From Candidatus Sumerlaeia bacterium (GTDB taxonomy: Bacteria > Sumerlaeota > Sumerlaeia > SLMS01), in contig JBBQYG010000131.1 in NCBI GenBank assembly GCA_038208905.1, positions 1 to 11,736 of the forward strand: 11,736 nucleotides of DNA, written 5' to 3'. The stretch's first letter is position 1. Each line of letters starts with the position of its first letter. Below, piece by piece: positions 1 to 7,898 of the stretch. The position numbers and the translations under genes were made by a program. Under the pieces are notes generated by a model that was not told where the DNA came from, did not search any database, and saw only the letters and a list, made by a program, of their open reading frames with translations.

Positions 1-4
1 CGCT

Positions 5-23
5 TGGTTGGCGGTTCCAGAAT
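5..23 (+). repeat. Left copy of an imperfect direct repeat flanking the DUF5677-like gene
   Basis: TGGTTGGCG-gtt-CCAGAAT (5-23) versus TGGTTGGCG-CCAGAAT (1052-1067): 16 identical nt with one 3-nt indel. Confidence 0.4.
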
Positions 24-69
24 CTATTCCGAGAATCACTGACCACAGCAGGCCTAGGAGCATTCAACC

Positions 70-1050
70 ATGAGCAACCCATTAGTCCCAGTTCCCGGCT
101 ACCGGAATCAAAATGCCGCTGCATTCAACTCGCTTCTTTCGATGGCGGAGACCTACCGGAAGGTCTTTAGGCCCGCCGTCAAGAGCCAGATGAATCCAAC
201 GGCAATCGAGCAGCTCTTTCAGTCCCACGCGACTCGCGGTGCAGGTTTGCTCAATAGTCTGGATCGCCTTGATGGTGCTCAGCACTTCCAAAGCTCGGCG
301 GCAACCATACGGCTTCTCTTCGAGATCGCCGTGGAGGTGCAGCTTCTGGATATCCGATCCAAACTCGGTATTGCCGAGGATCCGAATGACGATACAGTCA
401 GGAGGCACGACCTTGCTGCTCGTTGCGCCCTGCTAAAGTGGTCACGAGGCTTTGCAAACTGTCCAAGAATAGCAGGGAATTCACTTCAGGATCGCAGTGC
501 CTCTTACTTGCAAGACCAGCAGGACTTACTAGATAGTGAAGTCGCCAAGTACACGACCACCAACATCATGGGCAAGCTCATAGCTCGTGCTCCCCGGTCC
601 GTCCGCGAAAGCAGGGGGGAAACCGGGCGTGAGACGATGCCAGTGAAACCGGGTAGAGCATTCAAGTTTCAGCACTGGTTGAACCTGAACTTGAGTGAAC
701 GGGTAGACCTGTTGGATCGCTTTGGCGATGGATCGAAGTTCCGCGATTGGTATACGAACGAGTATGGCATCGCCAGTGTATATACGCATGGCAGTCTCAG
801 CCTCCTCGGCAAAGCCGGGACCGATGACATCACAAATGGGCTCACCATTCTCTACTATTGGTGCGTGGAAGTGTGCTGCGACAGCATCATGCTGCCAATT
901 TTTGATGAGCTGAAGCTAAATACTCCGGACTCGGAAGCTTGGCAGCGGATTGCGCAAGCGAAGGACATGGCAATGAGCGCAGGGGATCACTTTCTCTCAC
1001 ACGCCCCAGAAATCTGGCAACAGCACCTGAAATCTGAAGGGATGTCGTAA
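70..1050 (+). CDS. Hypothetical protein, probable DUF5677 family (HEPN-like), 326 aa
   Basis: AGGAG RBS at 56-60, ATG at 70, TAA at 1048-1050. Motifs SAATIRLLFE (S-A-x-x-x-R-x-x-x-E) and YGIASVYTHG (Y-x3-S-x3-H) resemble DUF5677 as I recall it. More A/T-ending codons than the neighbouring genes. Confidence 0.7.
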   Translation: MSNPLVPVPGYRNQNAAAFNSLLSMAETYRKVFRPAVKSQMNPTAIEQLFQSHATRGAGLLNSLDRLDGAQHFQSSAATIRLLFEIAVEVQLLDIRSKLGIAEDPNDDTVRRHDLAARCALLKWSRGFANCPRIAGNSLQDRSASYLQDQQDLLDSEVAKYTTTNIMGKLIARAPRSVRESRGETGRETMPVKPGRAFKFQHWLNLNLSERVDLLDRFGDGSKFRDWYTNEYGIASVYTHGSLSLLGKAGTDDITNGLTILYYWCVEVCCDSIMLPIFDELKLNTPDSEAWQRIAQAKDMAMSAGDHFLSHAPEIWQQHLKSEGMS

Positions 1051-1051
1051 C

Positions 1052-1067
1052 TGGTTGGCGCCAGAAT
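1052..1067 (+). repeat. Right copy of an imperfect direct repeat flanking the DUF5677-like gene
   Basis: TGGTTGGCGCCAGAAT begins 2 nt after the stop codon and matches 5-23. Confidence 0.4.
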
Positions 1068-1085
1068 TCCCTCATCCCCGACCCC

Positions 1086-1895
1086 CTACCGCTCCAGCCC
1101 CCACCGCCGCCTCACCGTTCTCTCGACCTTGGAGAACACCAGAAGGTCCACCGTGAGGCCGATGGCGAGGATGACGAGGATGGAGGCCATCATCATGGAC
1201 ATGTCGTTGAACTGGCGCCCAGTGTCCAGGAGGCGCGCGACGCCGATGACGTCCTGACGGATGAGTTCGGCGGCCATGAGGCTGCGCCAGGCGAAGGTCC
1301 ACCCCACCTTGAGTCCGCCGATGAGTTCCGGCAGCGAGGCGAAGAGCAGGATATCCTTGGCCAGGGTGAGGCGCTTGGCGCCCAGCGTCAGGCCGACCTT
1401 GACGTAGATCGGGGGGATGTTGCGCACGGCGCTCTCCGTGGAGAGAGCGATGGAGAAGAGCGCGCCGAGGATGATGACCATCAGGATCGCGTTCTCGTTC
1501 AGGCCCACCCACATGAGCGCAAAGGGAAGCCAGCAAATGCTGGGGAGCGACTGGAGCGAGAGAATCAGCGTGCCCACGGTTTGCTTGAGGATCCAGCTCC
1601 GCGCGATGAGCACGCCGAGCACGATGCCGCCCACCGCGGAGATTCCATAGCCAACCAGGATCCGCGCCATGCTGGCGCCAATGGAGCGAATGATCGAGCC
1701 GTCCGCCGTCATGGACCACAGGGTCCGGAGGACGTCCATGGGGCCCGGTAGCAAGTAATCGGGGATGGAAGGTATCAGCGAGGCGAAGTGCCAAAGCACC
1801 GCCAGCATGAGAAGGAATCCCACGCGCAGGCCAATCTTGGTGGCAAGGCCGGGCTCCTGCGCTCCTGCCGCCGCTGGCGATATCGCCACGCTCAT
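1086..1895 (-). CDS. ssuC: ABC transporter permease, SsuC/TauC/NitT family, 269 aa
   Basis: Multiple hydrophobic helices; LPGP motif, SLPSICWLPFA, EAA-like loop (VRNIPPIYVKVGLTLGA), AWRSLMAAEL. ATG 1895-1893 overlaps the upstream TGA (ATGA). Family is secure; substrate and symbol are inferred. Confidence 0.9.
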   Translation of the reverse strand: MSVAISPAAAGAQEPGLATKIGLRVGFLLMLAVLWHFASLIPSIPDYLLPGPMDVLRTLWSMTADGSIIRSIGASMARILVGYGISAVGGIVLGVLIARSWILKQTVGTLILSLQSLPSICWLPFALMWVGLNENAILMVIILGALFSIALSTESAVRNIPPIYVKVGLTLGAKRLTLAKDILLFASLPELIGGLKVGWTFAWRSLMAAELIRQDVIGVARLLDTGRQFNDMSMMMASILVILAIGLTVDLLVFSKVERTVRRRWGLER

Positions 1896-2932
1896 TTCTT
1901 GCCGAGAACCTCGTTGAGTAGCTCGGGGCGGACGAGTGCCTTCAAGTCGATCTCACCCGCGGGAAGGAATCCAAGGTCCCGCCCCCATGCGTAGAATTTC
2001 TCGAAAGATGCGAGATCGGGCTCCACGCGAAATTCGACGTTATCCAGAGAGGACTTCAGCACTGCGTCGGGGAGGCGCTTCTTCGTGAGCACTTCCATCT
2101 GGTCGTTGAGGACGGGGGCAAGCGACTGGCGATCGGCCTCAAGCTCGCGCGTCAGGGCGACGTGGACTTCGAGGAACTTCTTCACAAGGTCGGGGTGCTT
2201 TTCGAGGAACTCCGCGCGGACGATCACGTTGGTCAGCGTGAAGTATCCCGACTCCCAAAGCTCGTTCTCCGCCGCGATCTTCACCACCAGGCCCTTGTCG
2301 ATCAGGCGGCTGGCCCAGGGCTCGGGAATCCAGGCGGCATCGAGCTGGTCCTTCTCGAAGAGGATCTCGATGTCCGGATTCGCGATGGGGATGATCTCCG
2401 TCTCGCCGCCTGCGTCCTTCAAGGTGGACTTCAGTTCGCTGATCACATAGTGCCGGGCGGAGATGTCCTGCGTATTGGCAAGCTGGGGGGTGGCGATGCG
2501 AGCGCCCCTGAGCTGGGCCAGCGTCGTGATGCCGCGCTTCTTGCTGCCCACGATCATGATGCCATTGTCCACGGCGCCCGCGATCACGCGGACTTCCTTG
2601 CCCTTGGATTTCACGAAGCCGTTCAGCGTGGGAGACGGCCCGATGTAGGAGATGTCGAGCTGACCGCCAAACATCGCCTCGATCACCGAGGGGCCCGCGT
2701 TGAACGTCATGGGCCTGAACTCCGCGATCCCCTCGAAGGCCTTTGCAAAATCGCCGCGATTCACGCCAATCATCGCCTGGGCGTGGGTCACATTGGGGAA
2801 GTAGCCAAGGTTCACGCGAGGCTTGGCGCCGGGGTTCTGAGCGCCTTCCCCGCAGGCCGCGACCAGCAACGCCGCGATGAACAATAGCAATCCAAGGCCG
2901 ATGAACCCGTAAGTGAGACCAACTCGCTTCAT
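1892..2932 (-). CDS. ssuA: ABC transporter substrate-binding lipoprotein, SsuA/NMT1-like (aliphatic sulfonate type), 346 aa
   Basis: True start is MKRVGLTYG (ATG 2932-2930, ATGA overlap with the ATPase stop), not 3505 as in the ORF track. Signal peptide with lipobox-like LVAAC; motifs LGYFPNVTHAQA, FNAGPSVIEA, YIGPSP, PQLANTQD, AWIPEPW. Confidence 0.88.
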   Translation of the reverse strand: MKRVGLTYGFIGLGLLLFIAALLVAACGEGAQNPGAKPRVNLGYFPNVTHAQAMIGVNRGDFAKAFEGIAEFRPMTFNAGPSVIEAMFGGQLDISYIGPSPTLNGFVKSKGKEVRVIAGAVDNGIMIVGSKKRGITTLAQLRGARIATPQLANTQDISARHYVISELKSTLKDAGGETEIIPIANPDIEILFEKDQLDAAWIPEPWASRLIDKGLVVKIAAENELWESGYFTLTNVIVRAEFLEKHPDLVKKFLEVHVALTRELEADRQSLAPVLNDQMEVLTKKRLPDAVLKSSLDNVEFRVEPDLASFEKFYAWGRDLGFLPAGEIDLKALVRPELLNEVLGKK

Positions 2933-3780
2933 ATACCTTCGCCCTCCCTCACGAGATTGCTTCCGGCCTTGGGGGGAGCTTCCGGATGCCACTCGGGGTC
3001 TAGTTCCCGGGCGGCCACAAGATTCACTTCTTCGCGGATCTGCGCATGGAGCTGCGCGGTGTAGGCACCCAGTTCTTCCGACTCCGCCGAGCGCGGGTAT
3101 TCGAACGGCACTTTCAGGATCGTCTTGATGCGCCCCGGCGCGGCGGTCATGATCATCACCCTGTCGCTCAGCATGACGGCCTCGCTCAGGTTGTGGGTGA
3201 TGAAGAGGATCGTGGTCTTTGTCGCCTGCCAGATGCTCTGGAGCTCGTCGTGGAGCACCTCGCGCGTCTGCGAGTCCAGCGCGCTGAACGGCTCGTCCAT
3301 CAGGAGCACGCCCGGCTGCAGCGCGAGGCCGCGCGCGATGCTGACGCGCTGGCGCATTCCGCCAGAGAGCTGATGCGGCATCGCATCGGCATAGCGCGAC
3401 AGGTGCACCATGCGGAGGAAGTGCATCGCGCGCTCCTTGCGCTCCGGCTTGGCGATTCCCGCCAGCTTGAGCCCGTACTCCACATTGGCGCAGACGGTCA
3501 TCCACGGCATCAGGCCGGGCTCCTGAAACACCACCGCGCGGTCGGGCCCCGGCGCCGTCACGGGCTTGCCGTTGACGGTGACGCTGCCTCCGTCGGGACG
3601 CTCAAGGCCGGCCAGAACATTGAGCAGAGTGGACTTGCCGCAACCCGAGGGACCAATGACGGAGAAGAACTCGCCTGATTCGATGGTGAATGTGACTGGC
3701 GATAGCGCCACAAACTGGCGCGGTCGCCCAGTTTCCATACGGACGAAGGACTTCTGAACGTTGTTGAATTCGATGGTCAT
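2929..3780 (-). CDS. ssuB: ABC transporter ATP-binding protein, SsuB/TauB/NrtD family
   Basis: Walker A GPSGCGKST, Q-loop VFQE, signature LSGGM, Walker B LLMDEPF, H-loop ITH. Start either ATG 3780 (MTIEF) or ATG 3795. Confidence 0.92.
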   Translation of the reverse strand: MTIEFNNVQKSFVRMETGRPRQFVALSPVTFTIESGEFFSVIGPSGCGKSTLLNVLAGLERPDGGSVTVNGKPVTAPGPDRAVVFQEPGLMPWMTVCANVEYGLKLAGIAKPERKERAMHFLRMVHLSRYADAMPHQLSGGMRQRVSIARGLALQPGVLLMDEPFSALDSQTREVLHDELQSIWQATKTTILFITHNLSEAVMLSDRVMIMTAAPGRIKTILKVPFEYPRSAESEELGAYTAQLHAQIREEVNLVAARELDPEWHPEAPPKAGSNLVREGEGI

Positions 3781-3797
3781 GGGGCCGGCTCGCATCA

Positions 3798-3820
3798 ATC
3801 CCTACTAAAGTGGTCGGAAT
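3798..3820. promoter_or_regulatory. Candidate Rrf2-family (CymR/IscR-like) operator, imperfect 8-7-8 palindrome
   Basis: ATCCCTAC-TAAAGTG-GTCGGAAT; arms match 6/8 as an inverted repeat. Lies just upstream of the ABC operon and overlaps the predicted -10/transcription start. Confidence 0.5.
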
Positions 3821-3846
3821 AGTGGGGAGGTGCCACGGCGAGTCAA
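3819..3846 (-). promoter_or_regulatory. Putative sigma70-type promoter of the ABC operon
   Basis: Minus strand TTGACT (3846-3841), 16-nt spacer, CACTAT (3824-3819). Good -35, mediocre -10. Confidence 0.4.
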
Positions 3847-3953
3847 CGGGAAAGGGCGCCTATGCTGACGGAATGCTGACCAGCGTTCGGCGATGCTCCA
3901 CGGGAGAGTCCGCCCCCAAGCACATTTCCCCTCAATGATCGACGAGGTGACAC

Positions 3954-4214
3954 ATGGAATCGATAGGCGTACTGGAAGCGCGAATGCACTTTGGCAAACT
4001 ACTGGATCGCGTTGAACGCGGCGAGCGTGTCGCCGTAACCCGGGAGGGTCGCCATGTGGCGACAATAATTCCTGCGCACATGCAACCGGGCGAGGCCACG
4101 CTCGCCGTAGAGCGCATCCTTGACCGCAGGGAGCGGATTCGCCGTGAAGGGGGCGGACTGAGCATCTCCTCGATCCTTGCTGCTCGGGACGAGGGGCGTA
4201 AGGGAGTCTCGTAG
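3954..4214 (+). CDS. Type II antitoxin, Phd/YefM (prevent-host-death) family, 86 aa
   Basis: GAGGTG RBS; N-terminus IGVLEARMHFGKLLDRVERGERVAVTREGRHVATIIP is a typical Phd/YefM DNA-binding domain; sits directly upstream of a PIN gene. Confidence 0.9.
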   Translation: MESIGVLEARMHFGKLLDRVERGERVAVTREGRHVATIIPAHMQPGEATLAVERILDRRERIRREGGGLSISSILAARDEGRKGVS

Positions 4215-4597
4215 TCGACGCGCCGATCATGATCGCCTGGGCCGCCCCCGATGAGGTTAGCCCGAAAGCGGATGCGGTCATGCGACAGGTCATGGTGACC
4301 GGGGTAGTTGTGCCGAGCCTCCTGTTCCTCGAGATCGCCAACATACTGGTTACGAATGAGCGCAAGAACCGACTGACTTCCGAGGAAGTCGCAGGTATCG
4401 TCCTTGATCTGGGAGAACTGGCGCTCGTTATCGATCACGAAACAGCCTCACTTGCCCGCCAGCATCGCCTCACCGTCTACTATGCCGCCTATCTGGAACT
4501 TGCAAAGCGGCGTGGGTTGCCACTGGCAACGCGGGATCGCGAACTGCTGGCCTCTGCGAGAGCCGAAGGTTTGGCCGTAGAATTCGAACCCATATAG
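4202..4597 (+). pseudogene. vapC: VapC/PIN-domain toxin, probably inactivated
   Basis: Frame reads TAA-GGG-S-L-V-V-D-A-P-I-M. The first PIN strand and catalytic Asp (VVDA) lie upstream of the first ATG (4229), with no canonical start codon before them. The usual L-T-x-Y-D-A-x-Y motif reads LTVYYAAY. FLEIAN and LPLATRD are retained. PIN identity is secure; pseudogene status is inferred. Confidence 0.7.
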
Positions 4598-4624
4598 ACA
4601 CGAAATTCCCGATACTCGGCGATG

Positions 4625-5797
4625 CTATCGCACTCGGTTCCGAAGTCCCTCCGCCAGTGCTTCCACAACTCGGCCACATTCCGCTTCGCTCATCGCGGGG
4701 CCGAGCGGGAGGGTGAGGATGCGGGCTTCGACGGCCTCCGTCACGGGGAGGTCCACCGCGCGGCCCGTAGTCTGGAAAAAAGGCGCCGTGGAGCCAAATC
4801 GATGCAGCGGCGGATAGTGGATCGAGGTCTGGACGCCAACCTCCTTCATCGCAGTCATCACGGCGCGACGGTCGGCGCCGACGGGAAGCAGGACGCAAAA
4901 GAGATGGTGGGCCGATGTCCCGCGCGGGCGCGAATAGGGAACACCGAGTCCCGGGATGCGCGCGTCCTCCATCAACCTGCGGATGACGCCGGCAACCCGC
5001 GCGCGATCCTGCGTCGCGCCGGGCAGCTTGCGGAGCTGCACGCGCCCAATGGCGGCGCGGATTTCGTCCATGCGCGCGTTGGTCCCCACGCAGGCCACAT
5101 CGTAATCATGCGAGTGGCCACGCGCGCGATCCCACGTCGTCCGGGTGATCCCGTGGGAGCGAATCAATCGGCACCGCGCGGCGAAGCCCTCGTCGTCGGT
5201 GGTGATCATGCCGCCCTCGCCGGTGGTCATGTTCTTGTTGCCGAAAAAGCTCCACGTCGCGGCCCGGCCAAAGGTGCCGATCTTGCGCCCGTCCAGCTCT
5301 GCGAGCGGTGCGTGGCAGGCGTCCTCGATCAGGACGAGACCACGGTCGTGCGCCAGCGCCTCCAGTTCCGCCATCGCCGGACAGAAACCCGCGTGGGGCA
5401 TCGAAACAATGCCCCGTGTGCGCGGCGTGATCTTGCGCGCGACGTCCTGCACGTTGATGGTCAGATCGTCCTCCGATGCAACATCCGCCAGCACAGCCAC
5501 CACGCCCAGGCGCCTCAGCCCGTTCAGGCACGCCACGAACGTGATCGAGGGGAGGATTACCTCGTCGTCGGGGCCGAAGCCCGCGACCTCGTAGGCGATC
5601 TCCAGCGCCGTGGTCCCGTTGCTGACGGCGACGGCATGGCGCGAGCCCATCGCCACCGCGAACTCTCCCTCGAAGGCCGCAACCTCCTCGCCCATGGTCA
5701 GCCACTTCGACCGCAACACCCGGACGGCGGCCTCGACTTCCTCTTCGTCCAGCGTGGTGGTGGTTAGGGGGATCTCGAACATGGTGGGAAGGAACAT
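4625..5797 (-). CDS. DegT/DnrJ/EryC1/StrS family PLP-dependent nucleotide-sugar aminotransferase, 390 aa
   Basis: AAGGAG RBS before ATG 5797 (alternative ATG 5782). Motifs SNGTTAL, IEDACHA, SFFGNKNMTTGEGG (PLP lysine), GTNARMDEIRAAIG, IHYPPLH, LTLPL. Confidence 0.93.
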   Translation of the reverse strand: MFLPTMFEIPLTTTTLDEEEVEAAVRVLRSKWLTMGEEVAAFEGEFAVAMGSRHAVAVSNGTTALEIAYEVAGFGPDDEVILPSITFVACLNGLRRLGVVAVLADVASEDDLTINVQDVARKITPRTRGIVSMPHAGFCPAMAELEALAHDRGLVLIEDACHAPLAELDGRKIGTFGRAATWSFFGNKNMTTGEGGMITTDDEGFAARCRLIRSHGITRTTWDRARGHSHDYDVACVGTNARMDEIRAAIGRVQLRKLPGATQDRARVAGVIRRLMEDARIPGLGVPYSRPRGTSAHHLFCVLLPVGADRRAVMTAMKEVGVQTSIHYPPLHRFGSTAPFFQTTGRAVDLPVTEAVEARILTLPLGPAMSEAECGRVVEALAEGLRNRVR

Positions 5798-5918
5798 GGC
5801 GACTCCTTCGGTCGGAGGCAAGGGCATCCCCGGCGGCGACGTTCAATGCTTGATCACCCGCTATCCCCTTCATTCTCGCTTGAGTAGCCCGGCCACAGCT
5901 CGGGCAAGATGGCGGGCC

Positions 5919-7610
5919 ATGCACGAACCGACAGAAACTCACCGCATGCATTTTGCCCTCGCGGCTCTCGTCCTCCTCGCTTTTGCCCCCTTCGCCTGGG
6001 CCGACTTGTTCTGGGACGACTATCTGGTTATTCGCCCCGATGGCCCCATCGCCGACTTGTCGAGCGTTTGGCGGACGTGGTTTGGGCGGTGCATTCTATT
6101 CCCGCCGGGATACGACTATCCCTATTACCGCCCGCTCATCGATATCTCCTTCACGCTCGAGTACGCCCTCGCGGGTGTGCATCCATTTCTGTATCACCTG
6201 ACCAACTTTGCGCTGCATCTGGCGAACGCGCTCATGGCATTCGCCATTTTGCGGACGCTATTGGGCGGAAGATTGCTTCCGGCCTTTGTCGGGGCGGGGC
6301 TTTTCGCGCTGCATCCGATTCAGTGCGAGAGCGTCCTGTGGCCGGCGGCGCGGCCTGCCGTTCTGTCGCTGTTCTTCGCCCAGATTGCGGCGCTGTGCTA
6401 CCTGCGGCTCCGGCGCGCCGGGGCATCGCCCGCGTGGATCGTCGGCGTTGTGGGCGGATTCGTGGCGGCGTTGCTGTCAAAGGAAGTTGCGGTGGCGTTG
6501 CTGCCCCCCGCGCTGCTGCTGTTTTGCGCACGGCGTAGCGAGCCGGTGCCGCGTCGCTGCTGGATAGCGGCCGCGCTGCTGGGCGTCTCGCTCGTTGCCT
6601 ATCTCGCTCTGAACCGCGCGGCGGGAGATAGCGCCTCGATGCTATCGACTGTCGGAATCGTTGCGTTTGCGGAGTTCGTGTTCCAGATATTCGGCTTCTA
6701 TCTGGCGCACCTCGCCGCTCCGTTTGGCTTCGCGCCGGCTTACCCCGTATGGGCATTTCGCGAGACGCACTTCCTGGCGATTGGCGCGGTGGGCGCAGCG
6801 ACGCTGCTTGTCGCCTTCGGGTGGGGCCTTTGGCGGCGGACACCCACCGCGGTCCTCGTTGCCGCGGGAGCGATGCTGTTTGGCGGGGGAGCAGTGCTCC
6901 CCGCCTTGGGCGGGCAGCTCACCGTGGCCGACCGATACGTGTATCAGGCGATGTGGGGTCTGGGGCTGTTGATCGCCGTTGCCGTGTGCCGCATACGCGA
7001 GACGCGCAAGTCGATCACGGCGGCGGGAGTCGGTTTGGCGCTGTTGGCGTTGCTCGCGCTCAATCAATCGGTGTGGTGGTCCTCATCGGACATGCTATGG
7101 ATGCGCACGGTGCAGGTGGCCCCCGATAGCCTGGAGGGGAACATCTATATGGGGCAATATCACGAGCGTCGCGGCGAGCTGGCAGAGGCCGCCACCTGCT
7201 ACGAACGCGCCGCATTCCCGCCGCGAGAGACCAGCGCCCCCGCGAAGTTCGACGCCGCCTTGTCGCTTGGATCCGCCCGCCTCGGCCTCGGCGAGTTCGA
7301 CGCAGCCGACCGGGCCCTTGCAATCGCGGAGGCATCGCCCCGACACGCCAACAATGCGATCGTTCGCCGTGCCATCGTCGCCTCCGCCTCCGGCAACGCA
7401 GACGCTGCGCGCGCCCACATCGCGCGATTCGCGGACTCGGGTAAGGAACTTCCGGGTATATACATCAACCTCGCGCTGTTGTCGCTCCGCATGGAAGGCG
7501 ACCTCGCCGCCGCCGCCGCGTGGTATGCCAAGGCGCGCGCCCGCGGGGCCGCGCCCAATGCGGAACTGGAAACTGCGGGCCAGAAAACGGTCGTTCCCGA
7601 AAGCCCTTGA
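5919..7610 (+). CDS. TMTC-like GT-C fold membrane glycosyltransferase with C-terminal TPR-like helices
   Basis: WDD after the first TM helix, YYRPL, YHLTNFALH, LFALHPIQCESVLW, ALLSKE, ADRYVY, then a soluble Ala-rich helical region (MGQYHERRGELAEAATCYERA). Start at ATG 5919 or 5946; the 5610 start overlaps the divergent gene. Confidence 0.82.
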   Translation: MHEPTETHRMHFALAALVLLAFAPFAWADLFWDDYLVIRPDGPIADLSSVWRTWFGRCILFPPGYDYPYYRPLIDISFTLEYALAGVHPFLYHLTNFALHLANALMAFAILRTLLGGRLLPAFVGAGLFALHPIQCESVLWPAARPAVLSLFFAQIAALCYLRLRRAGASPAWIVGVVGGFVAALLSKEVAVALLPPALLLFCARRSEPVPRRCWIAAALLGVSLVAYLALNRAAGDSASMLSTVGIVAFAEFVFQIFGFYLAHLAAPFGFAPAYPVWAFRETHFLAIGAVGAATLLVAFGWGLWRRTPTAVLVAAGAMLFGGGAVLPALGGQLTVADRYVYQAMWGLGLLIAVAVCRIRETRKSITAAGVGLALLALLALNQSVWWSSSDMLWMRTVQVAPDSLEGNIYMGQYHERRGELAEAATCYERAAFPPRETSAPAKFDAALSLGSARLGLGEFDAADRALAIAEASPRHANNAIVRRAIVASASGNADAARAHIARFADSGKELPGIYINLALLSLRMEGDLAAAAAWYAKARARGAAPNAELETAGQKTVVPESP

Positions 7611-7643
7611 CCCTCCGGCCTCGCCAAAGGCTCCCTGCCAACA

Positions 7644-7898
7644 CTGTCGGTTCGCTCCCAACTCGCAGGCTTTTCGAGGAGGGCGCGTCGCAAGAGGGAA
7701 TCCGGTTCGAAGCCGGAACTGCCCCGCAGCGGTAAGTGGCAACGAGCGCCGTTACGAAGCACTGGCCCCACGTGGCCGGGAAGCGACGGCTCCCAGGAAA
7801 CCCGGAAAACCATCCGGAAACGGCCACAAGTCCGAAGACCTGCCGCCAGGTCGCGCGAAGTATTCGCGCGATTTCGACTGGGCCCTCGTGGGAAGGGC
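7644..7898 (+). promoter_or_regulatory. Cobalamin (B12) riboswitch
   Basis: Conserved elements in the expected order: AAGAGGGAA, P4 CCGGTTCGAAGCCGG, ACTGCCCCGCAGCGGTAA, CACTG...GGGAAG, B12 box AAGTCCGAAGACCTGCC (7828-7844). P1-like pairing of 7644-7650 with 7843-7849. P13-like hairpin GCCCT-CGTGGGA-AGGGC (7882-7898), whose loop could kiss the CCCCG loop. Confidence 0.93.

Noticed and set aside
1044..1070. Possible integron attC site (TAAC at the stop codon, GTTGGCG upstream and downstream)
   Set aside because: No proper RYYYAAC, and the 35-nt intergenic gap is too short for an attC hairpin; kept only as a direct repeat.
2933..3505. N-terminal 190-aa extension of the 537-aa ORF 1892..3505
   Set aside because: Off-frame overlap with the ATPase gene; the binding protein starts at 2932 with a signal peptide and ATGA coupling.
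4622..5767. 381-aa plus-strand ORF and other long antisense or alternate-frame ORFs (e.g. 2162-2887, 3046-3678, 6979-7944, 8624-9565)
   Set aside because: Arg/Ala/Pro/His-rich shadow frames of real genes, expected at high GC; no motifs.
5610..5918. N-terminal extension of the 666-aa ORF
   Set aside because: Overlaps the divergent aminotransferase and its RBS; recognisable GT-C sequence begins after 5919/5946.
7851..7875. Intrinsic terminator after the aptamer
   Set aside because: Perfect 9-bp stem but only three T residues follow; not called as a terminator.
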